Positions 16,740-25,047 of a stretch of 32,000 nucleotides of DNA are shown one piece after another (the stretch's first letter is position 1; the number at the start of each line of letters is the position of its first letter). Made by a program: the position numbers and the translations under genes. A model generated the notes under the pieces. The model did not search any database. It saw nothing but the letters and a program-made list of their open reading frames with translations, and had not been told where the DNA came from. The stretch comes from Micromonas sp. (Eukaryota), in assembly GCA_000090985.2 (NCBI GenBank), contig CP001331.1, forward strand, positions 536,786-568,785, read 5' to 3'.

Positions 16740-17888
16740 TTAGTCGAACCAGTCGTCCTCCTCCACCATCATCGTCAGGTCCTGCAGCTCCTTCCCCATG
16801 ACGTTGTCCACGATCCTGTACTCCTTCAGGTAGTACCCCCGGGTGAACTCCTTCATGTCCTCGCCCAGCTGATCTTTCCCCCGCGCCTGCAACCGACATT
16901 GTTGTACGTCGACGCCCAAGCCCGGATCGATCGACTGTTTCGGTCGGTGCTTCCACGGCGACCCGAGCGACTTCTCTTTCGGCCGCCGCGGCACCCTCCC
17001 GGGGTCCAGTTTGAACCACTGCAGCGAGGTGTACTCCTTGGGCGTCAGCATCGGCGCCTTGTGTGTGCCTCCTTTCTTTCCCCCGGGCGACGCTGCCATC
17101 TGTGCCCTCATCGCAGCTTCGTCTCTCGCGTGAGCGATGACTTTTGGCGCCGTCCTCGGGACCGCGACACCGTGCGCGACGACGCCGTGCCGCCGCGCCG
17201 TCGCCTCCACCGCCTCCGCCGACCGCGCGCTGAACGCTGCGGTGGCACCGCGCCCGCCGGGTTTCCCCGCGCCCAGCCGCGTCGGCGCGGAGTCGTAGTG
17301 GTGCGGCCCCGGCGCGGCGGCGGTTGATCGCGATTCCGACGCGCCACCCAGTCGGGGTCGCCCGTCGCTGGCCCAGATCCCCTTGCCCGGGATCCCCGAC
17401 GCGAGTGGCTTGGCGCCCGCGGCGTAGTGCGCGGGCCCGGGGGTTTCGTCATCGTCCGCGCGCTCGAACGTCACGCCCGCGCGCGTCGCCTTGGCGAACG
17501 GCGCGGAGGGATGCGCGGAGGATGAGAAGTCCACCCTCGACGACGCGAACGGCGCGTCGACGTCCCCGGCGTACGCGCCGGGGCCGGGGCCGCCCCCGCC
17601 GCGCGCGTCGGCAGCCTGGAGCCTCGCGGCGCCGCTCACGAGCGGGCCGTAGCCCTTGACGCCGATGCTGCCCGTGCCGACGCGGTGGTTCATGTCCCCG
17701 GCGAGGGAATACGCGCCGGGGCCGGGATTGGGGGGCGCCCTCTCCGAGTCGTCCATGAAATCGTACGACGTCGGGATCGAGGGCGCGCTGGGGGCGCGCC
17801 TGTGACCGGGAGCCCCGTCGTCCGTCGTGGTTGTGGCGGCGGCGAGGACCTCTGACGCGCTGCCGGGAGGATGCGAGGACGCGGACAT
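16740..17888 (-). CDS. STPGR (sperm-tail PG-rich, SHIPPO-repeat) protein, probably flagellar
   Basis: Track ORF 16740..18233; ATG at 17888 (MSASSHPPG...). Repeated PGPGAY / PGPAHY / PGPHHY motifs spaced about 35-40 aa apart, as in ODF3/SHIPPO-type repeats. Confidence 0.75.
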   Translation of the reverse strand: MSASSHPPGSASEVLAAATTTTDDGAPGHRRAPSAPSIPTSYDFMDDSERAPPNPGPGAYSLAGDMNHRVGTGSIGVKGYGPLVSGAARLQAADARGGGGPGPGAYAGDVDAPFASSRVDFSSSAHPSAPFAKATRAGVTFERADDDETPGPAHYAAGAKPLASGIPGKGIWASDGRPRLGGASESRSTAAAPGPHHYDSAPTRLGAGKPGGRGATAAFSARSAEAVEATARRHGVVAHGVAVPRTAPKVIAHARDEAAMRAQMAASPGGKKGGTHKAPMLTPKEYTSLQWFKLDPGRVPRRPKEKSLGSPWKHRPKQSIDPGLGVDVQQCRLQARGKDQLGEDMKEFTRGYYLKEYRIVDNVMGKELQDLTMMVEEDDWFD

Positions 17889-18104
17889 TCTCGCGTCCGC
17901 CTCGCCTCGCGCGCGCCCCGGAAGTGAGAATCCAATTCGGGCGCTCTCGCTCGCTGTGAGATGACTGCGAGCTGGGTCAGGAGCCGGCGAACGTGCCCGC
18001 CAACTGACCTGAGATTTTGGGTTGGAGTCGCTCGGTTGGCGGCACAACCCACCGCGCGAGCCTCGAGCCCCCGCGTCGCACGAAGGGAGGGAAGAGCGTG
18101 CACG

Positions 18105-18581
18105 ATGGCCGAGGAGGACACCACGGTCAAGGAGCCGCTCGATCTCATCCGCCTGTCGCTGGACGAGCGGGTGTACGTCAAGCTCAGGGGCGAGCGGGAG
18201 ATCCGGGGCAAGCTCCACGCGTACGATCAGCACCTCAACATGATCCTCGGCGACGTCGAGGAGACGATCACGACGGTGGAGATCGACGACGAGACGTACG
18301 AGGAGATCATCAAGGTGCGCGCGGCCCCGAGCGGAATCGAACCCTCGACGGCGGGAACCCCCCGACGCGGGTCCCGCCCCGTTCCACGCACCGCTGGCAC
18401 TAGGTTTTCTTCCCCGACGACGCGTGCGTTTGCGGTTTGCGTCTCTTCCCCGCGCGATCGACGACGTGACCCTCCCTCCCCCTACCCACGACCCTTCCCA
18501 CAGACGACCAAGCGTGCGGTGAGGTTCCTCTTCGTGCGCGGCGACGCGGTGACCCTCGTGTCCCCGCCCCTGCGCACGTGA
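18105..18581 (+). CDS. LSM3: U6 snRNA-associated Sm-like protein LSm3 (2 exons: 18105..18314, 18504..18581)
   Basis: The spliced product is [70 protein letters not shown] + [25 protein letters not shown]. It is near-collinear with human LSM3 ([45 protein letters not shown]...MLFVRGDGVVLVAPPLR). Confidence 0.92.
   Translation: MAEEDTTVKEPLDLIRLSLDERVYVKLRGEREIRGKLHAYDQHLNMILGDVEETITTVEIDDETYEEIIKVRAAPSGIEPSTAGTPRRGSRPVPRTAGTRFSSPTTRAFAVCVSSPRDRRRDPPSPYPRPFPQTTKRAVRFLFVRGDAVTLVSPPLRT
18315..18503 (+). other. Spliceosomal intron (189 nt) of LSM3; in frame and stop-free
   Basis: Donor AAG|GTGCGCG, GTGAC branch-like site about 35 nt upstream of the acceptor, CT-rich tract, acceptor CCCACAG|ACG. 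The homology gap in LSm3 falls exactly here. Confidence 0.85.
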
Positions 18582-18736
18582 GCGGGATGCGGTTGATTTT
18601 CATCATGTAAAACTAGGAAAGAAGAGCCGGCGTCGCGCGAGTTTGGCTCGGAAAGACCGGCGCCGGATGAGGTCGGGCGGCTCACGTAATATTTCTCAAG
18701 TAAACGAACTCGCCCGTCGACACAACCCATCATCAA

Positions 18737-20074
18737 TCACAGCTTGCCGACGATGGACTCGACGAAGATGTTCAGCGAATCCGGATCCCTCCGCTCCGAC
18801 CCCAGCTTCACGAACCCGCCCCGCCCCTCCGGGAACAGTAACACCGTCGGGAACGACTTGAGCTCCAGGTTCTCCTTGCTCCACTCCTTCTCGTCGCCGT
18901 CCGCGCGGAACTTGACCACGTCCACGCCCTTGGCGGCGAACGAAGCCGCGGCTTCCTCGTACCCGGCCACCATCGCCTGGCAAAACGGGCACCACGGCGC
19001 GTACAGCACCGCGAGCGTCGTCTTGGAGTGCGTCGGCTCGACCCTGAGCGCGTCGATCGCCGCGTGGTCCACCGCGGTGACCTCGTTGAAGATGTCCTCC
19101 TCCGTGGCTTCCCGCGCGTCCTGCTTCGCCTGTTGCTCCGCGGTGAGGTTCCCCGAGTGCAGCCCGCACTCTTTCATCGCGGAGTCCTCCCACCACCATC
19201 GGCCCTCGCGCTCCTGCTGGCCGGGAAGCACCGCCCTGGTGCACGGCGCGCACCCGATGGAGACGTACCCCATCTCGTGGAGCTTGTTCACCGGGGTGCC
19301 CATGACCCTGAGAAAGTCCCAAACCTCCTGAGACGTGGCGTTGGTGAGGGGGTTAAACTTCACGAGCGACCCGGCGCCCCCCGCGGCGCCCTCGAACACC
19401 GGGTCCACCTGCACCGCCGGGACCGCCATGCGCGTCCCCGGGCTCTGGTCTTTACGCTGGCCGGTGACCCACGCGTTGAGCGTCTTCAGCTTCTTTCGCA
19501 GCGGCTGGACCTTGCGAACGCCGCAGCACTCCTTGTGTCCGTCCTCGTAGAAGGAGAACATGCCCTTCTCGTTCACCAGCTTGGTCACCGCGTCCTCGTC
19601 GGGGAAGGTGAACTCGATCTTGATGTCGAAGTGCTTCTCGACGTCGTCGAAGAGCTGGTACGTCTCGGGGTTCAACCGACCGGTGTCGAGGGAGAAGACG
19701 CGAAAGGGGCGGCCGGTGAGCTTGGCGTACTGGATCAGCGCGACGTCCTCGGCGCCGGAGAAGGCGATGGCGAGGCCGTCGCCGAAGAGCTCGAGGGCTT
19801 TGTCCATGATTTGCACCACTGTGTTGTCTTGGAACTGGGAATCGAGGGCGTCCCAGTCGATATTCGTCGGAGGAGCTTGCATCGTGTTTGAAGGAGCCTC
19901 CGAGGTGGAAGTGGCCCGAGTCTGGACCGACGTGGTGGTTCGCCCTACTGCTCCGTGCAGAGGGGTGACTTTTTTCACGCTGGATGAAATCATAGAGCGT
20001 CGTTGCGCCCTCAGCCTCGAGAAAGGGGTGAGCGTGCGAGCAGCGGACATGGTGGTGCACGATGACGATGCCAT
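18737..20074 (-). CDS. APR: Plant-type 5'-adenylylsulfate (APS) reductase with C-terminal thioredoxin-like domain and N-terminal transit-like peptide
   Basis: ORF 18737..20074 with an ATG start. Motifs: [26 protein letters not shown], Cys pair HKECCG plus SIGCAPCT (Fe-S ligands), KECGLH, and the Trx-like [10 protein letters not shown]. Confidence 0.92.
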   Translation of the reverse strand: MASSSCTTMSAARTLTPFSRLRAQRRSMISSSVKKVTPLHGAVGRTTTSVQTRATSTSEAPSNTMQAPPTNIDWDALDSQFQDNTVVQIMDKALELFGDGLAIAFSGAEDVALIQYAKLTGRPFRVFSLDTGRLNPETYQLFDDVEKHFDIKIEFTFPDEDAVTKLVNEKGMFSFYEDGHKECCGVRKVQPLRKKLKTLNAWVTGQRKDQSPGTRMAVPAVQVDPVFEGAAGGAGSLVKFNPLTNATSQEVWDFLRVMGTPVNKLHEMGYVSIGCAPCTRAVLPGQQEREGRWWWEDSAMKECGLHSGNLTAEQQAKQDAREATEEDIFNEVTAVDHAAIDALRVEPTHSKTTLAVLYAPWCPFCQAMVAGYEEAAASFAAKGVDVVKFRADGDEKEWSKENLELKSFPTVLLFPEGRGGFVKLGSERRDPDSLNIFVESIVGKL

Positions 20075-20371
20075 TTGTCTTCCAGTGGTCGTCGTCGACT
20101 GATGACTGTGTGGTGGACTGTGTGAGTCAGCGGGCGGCGTGCAGATGGTGAAAGTATTTATCGATAAGTCGGATGTTGTGCAGCAGGGAGGCCGTGCTCT
20201 AGAGCTAGGGTTGTTGATATGTATGACGATTTTGAGGGTTTGTGAATCAAGAACCGGTTTTCAAGAACTTCTACGCGCCCCGCGCCAACCAACACTTTTT
20301 GAGCGAGGCCGTTTCGGGGAAGGAAAAACGAACAGGTCGAAGCCGCTCTTACTGCACTTCTTCGCGGCGGT

Positions 20372-20671
20372 ACGCCGCGGCGTGAAGCCGCGGCGCCAGC
20401 CGCGGATCGAAGCCGCGGTGTCGGCAACACTGGTAATATGACGAAGCATCATCGCCCGTGTGAACACCCGACTACTCGGACTTAGGGTAAACACTCAAAG
20501 AGTAGTTTCACTCTAAAACGTGGGGGGTTGTTGGGTTTCGGGTTTAGAGTACTCGGCGACAGCCGCGGCGGCAGCCGCGGCGTCAGCCGCGGCGTCAGCC
20601 CGCGGCGCCAAGCCGCGGCTACAGCCGAAGCGCCAGTCGAAGCGCCAACCGCGGCTGAGACGCCGCGGCGT
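20372..20671. repeat. Two clusters of the palindromic hexamer CCGCGG (11 copies), bounded by the same 12-bp palindrome ACGCCGCGGCGT
   Basis: CCGCGG starts at 20375, 20388, 20400, 20413 (cluster 1) and at 20563, 20575, 20587, 20600, 20613, 20649, 20663 (cluster 2), mostly as (a/c)agccgcggcg. ACGCCGCGGCGT lies at 20372..20383 and 20660..20671. A lower-GC core (about 20430..20550) sits between the clusters. Confidence 0.75.
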
Positions 20672-20775
20672 TATCATAGTGGTGTGAGTGAAACTTTCCG
20701 GTTTCATCGAAGGTTTATGATTCCAAAAATTGCCAAACCAGTATCTGACTCTTGAGAGCTAGCGATAAAGCCAAG

Positions 20776-20846
20776 GCACCGATGGTCTAGTGGTAGAATA
20801 GTACCCTGCCACGGTACAGACCCGGGTTCGATTCCCGGTCGGTGCA
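20776..20846 (+). tRNA. trnG-GCC: tRNA-Gly (anticodon GCC), nuclear type
   Basis: GCACCGATGGTCTAGTGGTAGAATAGTACCCTGCCACGGTACAGACCCGGGTTCGATTCCCGGTCGGTGCA. The 7-bp acceptor stem GCACCGA/TCGGTGC pairs perfectly. Anticodon loop CTGCCAC; T-arm CCGGG-TTCGATT-CCCGG. Nearly identical to plant nuclear tRNA-Gly(GCC) as I recall it. No encoded CCA. Confidence 0.95.
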
Positions 20847-20850
20847 AACC

Positions 20851-20855
20851 TTTTT
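20851..20855 (+). terminator. Pol III T-run terminator after tRNA-Gly
   Basis: TTTTT begins 5 nt after the tRNA 3' end (aacc tttttaatttt). Confidence 0.6.
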
Positions 20856-20921
20856 AATTTTGGTCTTCAGACTGAAAAACTGTGGTGCCGCAGTTGAGTT
20901 TCACCCACTTTTATTTTTACG
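20851..20921. repeat. Direct repeat copy 1 (T-rich leader + ctgtggtgccgcagttgagttt...ttatttttacg)
   Basis: Pairs with 21079..21163: ctgtggtgccgCagtTgagtttCACCCACttttAtttttacg versus ctgtggtgccgGagtCgagtttATTTTCCCCttttGtttttacg. Both copies are preceded by tttttaatttt(t)gg. Confidence 0.7.
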
Positions 20922-20925
20922 TGCT

Positions 20926-20970
20926 CCCTCCCTGGCCGATCCCTCCCTGGCCGATTCCCTCCCTGGCCGA
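20926..20970. repeat. Tandem 15-mer ccctccctggccga(t) x3
   Basis: ccctccctggccgat, ccctccctggccgat(t), ccctccctggccga, read directly. Confidence 0.85.
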
Positions 20971-20976
20971 GCGCTC

Positions 20977-21036
20977 AGCGGTGCATCGACACCGCGACGC
21001 CGCTTCGCGACGATTTCGCGGTGTCGATGCACCGCT
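20977..21036. repeat. Perfect 21-bp inverted repeat (hairpin) with 18-nt loop
   Basis: agcggtgcatcgacaccgcga (20977..20997) and tcgcggtgtcgatgcaccgct (21016..21036). The motif ccgcttcgcga occurs in the loop and again just after the second arm. Confidence 0.85.
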
Positions 21037-21078
21037 TCGCGAGGCAAAAAGAAGCACGTCCTGTTGCGTCGCACGGTT

Positions 21079-21163
21079 AATTTTTTTAATTTTTGGTGTC
21101 GGGGAACGATACTGTTTGCCTGTGGTGCCGGAGTCGAGTTTATTTTCCCCTTTTGTTTTTACG
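21079..21163. repeat. Direct repeat copy 2
   Basis: See copy 1 (20851..20921). Lies 100 nt upstream of the bL19 ATG. Confidence 0.7.
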
Positions 21164-21262
21164 GGTTACGTGTTCCCCTTTTATTTTCAACCAACCCTAA
21201 ACGTCGTCGTCGCCCGCCCCGTACCTCACACCTCACACCTCCAAGGTAGCTTCGGGTTGAAG

Positions 21263-22174
21263 ATGTCTCGACCAGGCACGAGGCTCTTGGTGGACGCGAT
21301 CCGTCGCGCGATGAGCTCCGCCGGACGTGCGAGCACGTCCGGCGGTCCTTCCGGCGGTCCTTGGGCGGGTGCCTCTTCTCCGATTACCCGCAGCAGCGTC
21401 GAGATCGGCGCACCTGGGGGATCGTTGCGCAGCCCGCAAGGAGGGACGACGACCTTTTCGCAACAATCGCAACATTGGAAGCAAACCCTCTCATCATTGA
21501 TGATAAGAAGTCTTAGAACCCTTGGGGCCGTGAATCATCCAATGGGAGGACAAGCCACTAAAGAAGACCGGATCTCGTCCTCATCATCAAAAGGAATCCA
21601 CACCTCCGCGCCAACGAAAAAGTCCAGGGACAAGAAGGCGATGCCCGTCTACCCACCCAACACCCCACTCACCAAGATCAACCCGCGCCCCCGCGGCGTC
21701 GAGCCCCCGATCACACCCTGGGACGCCGGTCGCGCGAACCACCCGGAGACGTGGGGTAAAGCCGGCGGAGGGATGCCCGCGTTCACGCCGACGTCGCAGC
21801 TGAAGAAGCGCAAAAACTACCACAAGCGATGCGCGTTCATCATGCAGACGCTGGAGCACGAGAAGATGACGGAGATCGCGGCGACGTCGCCGGTGGTACC
21901 GTTTCGGCCGGGCGACGTCGTCAGGGTCAAGGTTGAGGTTTTGGAGAACAGGCGGAGGGCGAACGATTTCACCGGCGTATGCATCGCGAGGAGGAACCGG
22001 GGGATGGGGAGCACGTTCACGCTGCGGACGGTGCTGGCCAACGCGCCGGTGGAGCGCACGTTCCCGCTGTACTCGCCGACGATCAAGGAGTTCGAGGTGC
22101 TGGAGCGGAGGAAGGTGCGGCGGGGGAAGCTGTATTACCTGCGCGACAAGCCGCTTCGGTTCAGCAGGGTTTAG
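21263..22174 (+). CDS. Organellar ribosomal protein bL19 with long N-terminal extension
   Basis: Track ORF 20882..22174 starts at a GTG inside the repeat region; the first ATG is at 21263 (MSRPGTRLLVDAIRR...). The C-terminal ~110 aa are bL19-like: RPGDVVRVKVEVLENRRRANDFTGVCIARRNRGMGSTFTLRTVLANAPVERTFPLYSPTIKEFEVL. I cannot decide between mitochondrial and plastid targeting. Confidence 0.85.
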   Translation: MSRPGTRLLVDAIRRAMSSAGRASTSGGPSGGPWAGASSPITRSSVEIGAPGGSLRSPQGGTTTFSQQSQHWKQTLSSLMIRSLRTLGAVNHPMGGQATKEDRISSSSSKGIHTSAPTKKSRDKKAMPVYPPNTPLTKINPRPRGVEPPITPWDAGRANHPETWGKAGGGMPAFTPTSQLKKRKNYHKRCAFIMQTLEHEKMTEIAATSPVVPFRPGDVVRVKVEVLENRRRANDFTGVCIARRNRGMGSTFTLRTVLANAPVERTFPLYSPTIKEFEVLERRKVRRGKLYYLRDKPLRFSRV

Positions 22175-22615
22175 GGAGATCTCGGTGGTTCATCAGACGT
22201 ATTAGCTAATTTATACCAAGGTACGAAGCTTCGTATGTAAGAAGAGCGAGCTCGGTCTTTCGTTACATGCTGCACAACTCATCAACGGTAGATAGTCTAC
22301 TACTGAAGACGCGAACGCGCCCGCCCCTCTTCTGACTCTCAATCCTTTCAACTTGTAAATTTGGTACACACATCGTCATCGTAAAAGTGAGTAAGGTCAC
22401 CTTAATCATCCCCGAATGTCGACTTGCAATAGTAACGCCGCTGCGCGCAACTGCGGCGTTCATCAACAGTAGGAGCCCGGGCTCCTCAACTTGGTTCAAC
22501 TGGCGCGCGAAGACGCGCTCAACTTTTATGTTTTGGTACCTGGTGGTACACGCAGACGCGCGCGGCGGCTGTGACCCCCGGCGGTTGTTTTCACCTCCTT
22601 CGTCGTCGTCAGTCG

Positions 22616-24619
22616 CTAACTGCGCGGAGGAAAGTACGCTTGGTCCTGGTCGAGGCTCAGGCGATCGAACCCTCGCCCGAGATCGAAGGACGCCGCGCCG
22701 GTTCCGAATGATATGCCCCCTCCGTTGCCGTTGGCGACGAAACCGGGCGCAGCCGCGGACAGTTTCCGCGCCGACGTTCGAGGCGCGGGAATCGTCATGG
22801 AGCTTCCCGTCCCTCCCCCAACCTGCTGCTGCTGCTGCTGCTGCTGTTGTTGCTGTTGCTGAAGGAGGAGCAGCTGCTGCTTCTTCTGGGCAGCAGCAGC
22901 CGCCGCCGCGGCGGCGGCGGCGGCGATAATCTCCGGGTCGGTTCCCGCCGGCAGGCTGAACCCGCCGAGGTCGATCCCGCCGCCCATCCCGCCGCCGAGG
23001 GGATTGACCATCCCCGCCGCGCCGACCCCACCCGCGCCCATCGCGCCCGGCATCTGCATCGTCTGATACCCGTACTCGGTGTACTGATGCACGCCGCCGG
23101 CGAGGGCGGTGGTGGGGTGGTAGTGACCGGGAACCTGCCCGAGGAGCGCCGCGGCGGCGGCGACGGGGTTGACGGATGGATTGACGGATGGATTGATTTG
23201 CCCCATCGATCCCCCCGTCGCGCCAATCATCGCCGATCCGGGGTATCCGGCGGCCGCGACGGACGCGGACGCGCCCTTGACGCCGCCGAGCGCGGCAGCC
23301 TGCGGCGCGGCGGACCTCGGCGGGGGCTGATACGAAAACTCCACCCCTCGGATCCGTTGCAGCCGCTGGACGAACTCGCCCCTTCGCTTCCCCTCGCACA
23401 GCTCCTTGTACCTCTCCACCGCCTGGTGGATAATTTCCGACGCCGCGGCGATCGATTTACGCTGCCCCTGCAGTCGGAAGATCCGCGTCGGGCGGTGGTA
23501 CCCGCCGGGCTGCGGTTGCTGCGTCCACGATTGGATCACCGCGCCGGTGTGCTGCGTGATCTCCCGGACGGACGCGCCGGAACTCCCGATGACGAAGCCG
23601 GCGGCGAGCAGCGTGACGCACAGCTGTAACCCGCCCCCGGGGAGCCACTCCGCGGCGACAACCGCCTGCTCCTCCTCCTCGACGCCCTCGCCCGCGCGCC
23701 TCGGTCCGGACGGGCCCTTCCGCGCGACGAACGGGTCCGCGCCGACGGCTGCGCCCATCCCGCCGGTGGGAGGAGGAGGCTGGTACGCCCCGCCGCCCGC
23801 CGCCAGACCGTTCGTCGCCGCCGCGAGCAGCGTCTGCTCGCGCTGCAGCGCCAGCAGCGACGCGGTGGAGTCCAACCCGTTGACGCCGTTGACGCCGTTA
23901 GCTCCGCTCGTTAGCGCGTTCATTCCGCCGTTGGGATAGCCGCCGTCGCCCAGTCGCGCGTACGCGATGTCCTCCTGCGTGATCCTCGCCGGCGAGGGCG
24001 CGCCGCTGCCGAGGCTGAAGCTGCTCCTCGCGCTGGTGCGCGTCGTGTGGCTGGCGGTTGTAACGGTCGTAACGGTCGGTGCCCTCGAGGTACCCGCGTA
24101 GCCGCCGCTCGTCGGCGACGCCGGTCCCGCGCGGAACGTACCCTCGGGCGGCGAAGACCGATCGAGAATCACGGAGCCCGGCCTCGACGATCGGCCATTC
24201 ACCAGCGACGGGTCGAACGACGGATCGAGGAGGTCGCCGTCGTCCGGGAGGAAGACGGGGAGCGCGTCGCGCTCGGGGCTTCGGATCTGGTGAGGACGAA
24301 GGGGAGGAGAGGTTCGGTCAGCGCGGCGGCGGCGACTGCGGTTGAATTTTTTTCTGTGACTGACGTTCCAGTCGGCGGGACGGTTGGCGCCCGTCGCCGG
24401 GTCTGGGAGAGGCTCGGCACCCAGGGCACCGTGGGGCAACCCCCCGCGCGGTGCCGAGGCGCGCGCGCGGGTTCGACCGCCCCGAAGGCGTATCCGACGG
24501 TCGCGCTCGATGGCACGGTTTGTGATGAGCTCGCGTCGGGGGTCACCGGGGGTTTCGTGCGTCGGCGTCGGTCGCGACGCGCGTCGCCGCGCCGCGCCAT
24601 CGGGGAACTTTCCAGCCAT
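22616..24619 (-). CDS. KH-domain (type I) RNA-binding protein with Gly/Ala/Pro/Gln-rich low-complexity C-terminus; 5' structure unresolved
   Basis: Track ORF 22616..24841. KH core: LQLCVTLLAAGFVIGSSGASVREITQHTGAVIQSW...RIFRLQGQRKSIAAASEIIHQAVERYKEL. Only 22616..24286 is high confidence: GC3 rises after an acceptor-like CAG at 24289..24287. The ATG at 24619 is the first in frame, but the 24287..24619 segment looks Arg-rich and non-coding. Confidence 0.7.
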   Translation of the reverse strand: MAGKFPDGAARRRASRPTPTHETPGDPRRELITNRAIERDRRIRLRGGRTRARASAPRGGLPHGALGAEPLPDPATGANRPADWNVSHRKKFNRSRRRRADRTSPPLRPHQIRSPERDALPVFLPDDGDLLDPSFDPSLVNGRSSRPGSVILDRSSPPEGTFRAGPASPTSGGYAGTSRAPTVTTVTTASHTTRTSARSSFSLGSGAPSPARITQEDIAYARLGDGGYPNGGMNALTSGANGVNGVNGLDSTASLLALQREQTLLAAATNGLAAGGGAYQPPPPTGGMGAAVGADPFVARKGPSGPRRAGEGVEEEEQAVVAAEWLPGGGLQLCVTLLAAGFVIGSSGASVREITQHTGAVIQSWTQQPQPGGYHRPTRIFRLQGQRKSIAAASEIIHQAVERYKELCEGKRRGEFVQRLQRIRGVEFSYQPPPRSAAPQAAALGGVKGASASVAAAGYPGSAMIGATGGSMGQINPSVNPSVNPVAAAAALLGQVPGHYHPTTALAGGVHQYTEYGYQTMQMPGAMGAGGVGAAGMVNPLGGGMGGGIDLGGFSLPAGTDPEIIAAAAAAAAAAAAQKKQQLLLLQQQQQQQQQQQQQVGGGTGSSMTIPAPRTSARKLSAAAPGFVANGNGGGISFGTGAASFDLGRGFDRLSLDQDQAYFPPRS
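22823..22858. repeat. CTG/TTG (CAG/CAA on coding strand) trinucleotide run encoding polyGln
   Basis: (ctg)7 ttg ttg ctg ttg ctg, which is 12 Gln codons on the minus strand. It is followed by GCN/GCC runs encoding polyAla. Confidence 0.9.
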
Positions 24620-25047
24620 CGATCGATATCGCGCGTGTTGGGTGACCGTGACAGATGAAAAGAAGGCTTGGGAAAAAAAAAGACGGGGCGCGGGCGACGG
24701 GGACGCGGACGACGTCGTACCGGGTCGCGGGGAGCGGGGATGCGCGGCGCGGTTGCGCCCGGGCTCTTCGCCCCTCCCGGTGGGCTGCTCGACCACATGT
24801 TCGCCTGCGATCGCGGCCGGGGGCGGGGAGAGATCGGGCAATAGGTCAGTGAACCGTTTTCAGCCCGTGGGTGGGAAAACCAGCCCGCCGGTGCCACACG
24901 CGCATGGTCGAATCCGGTTACCGGGCGGACGGCCGCCGGGAGACGCGTCGCGGCGCGCGACGCGACCTCCGCGCGCGTCTCTCGATCGACGTATCGGGTC
25001 AGCGCGCTCGTGAAGGAGGTGAAAGAAAGGTCCGGGACGGGGCTCAC

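Noticed and set aside
20372-20671. CCGCGG repeat clusters considered as a possible CRISPR-like array
   Set aside because: The units are 6-12 bp with irregular 6-30 bp spacing, not 25-40 bp repeats separated by unique spacers. The genomic context is eukaryotic.
20139-20755. Short ORFs (20139..20441, 20158..20430, 20513..20707, 20528..20755) in the APR-tRNA spacer
   Set aside because: They are translations of the CCGCGG repeat clusters (poly-Ala/Arg) and the lower-GC promoter core. No coding-like codon bias or motifs.
20882-21262. N-terminal extension of the bL19 ORF back to 20882
   Set aside because: It starts at a GTG, runs through the tandem and inverted repeat element and T-rich DNA, and has poor codon bias. 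The first ATG at 21263 follows a normal-looking leader.
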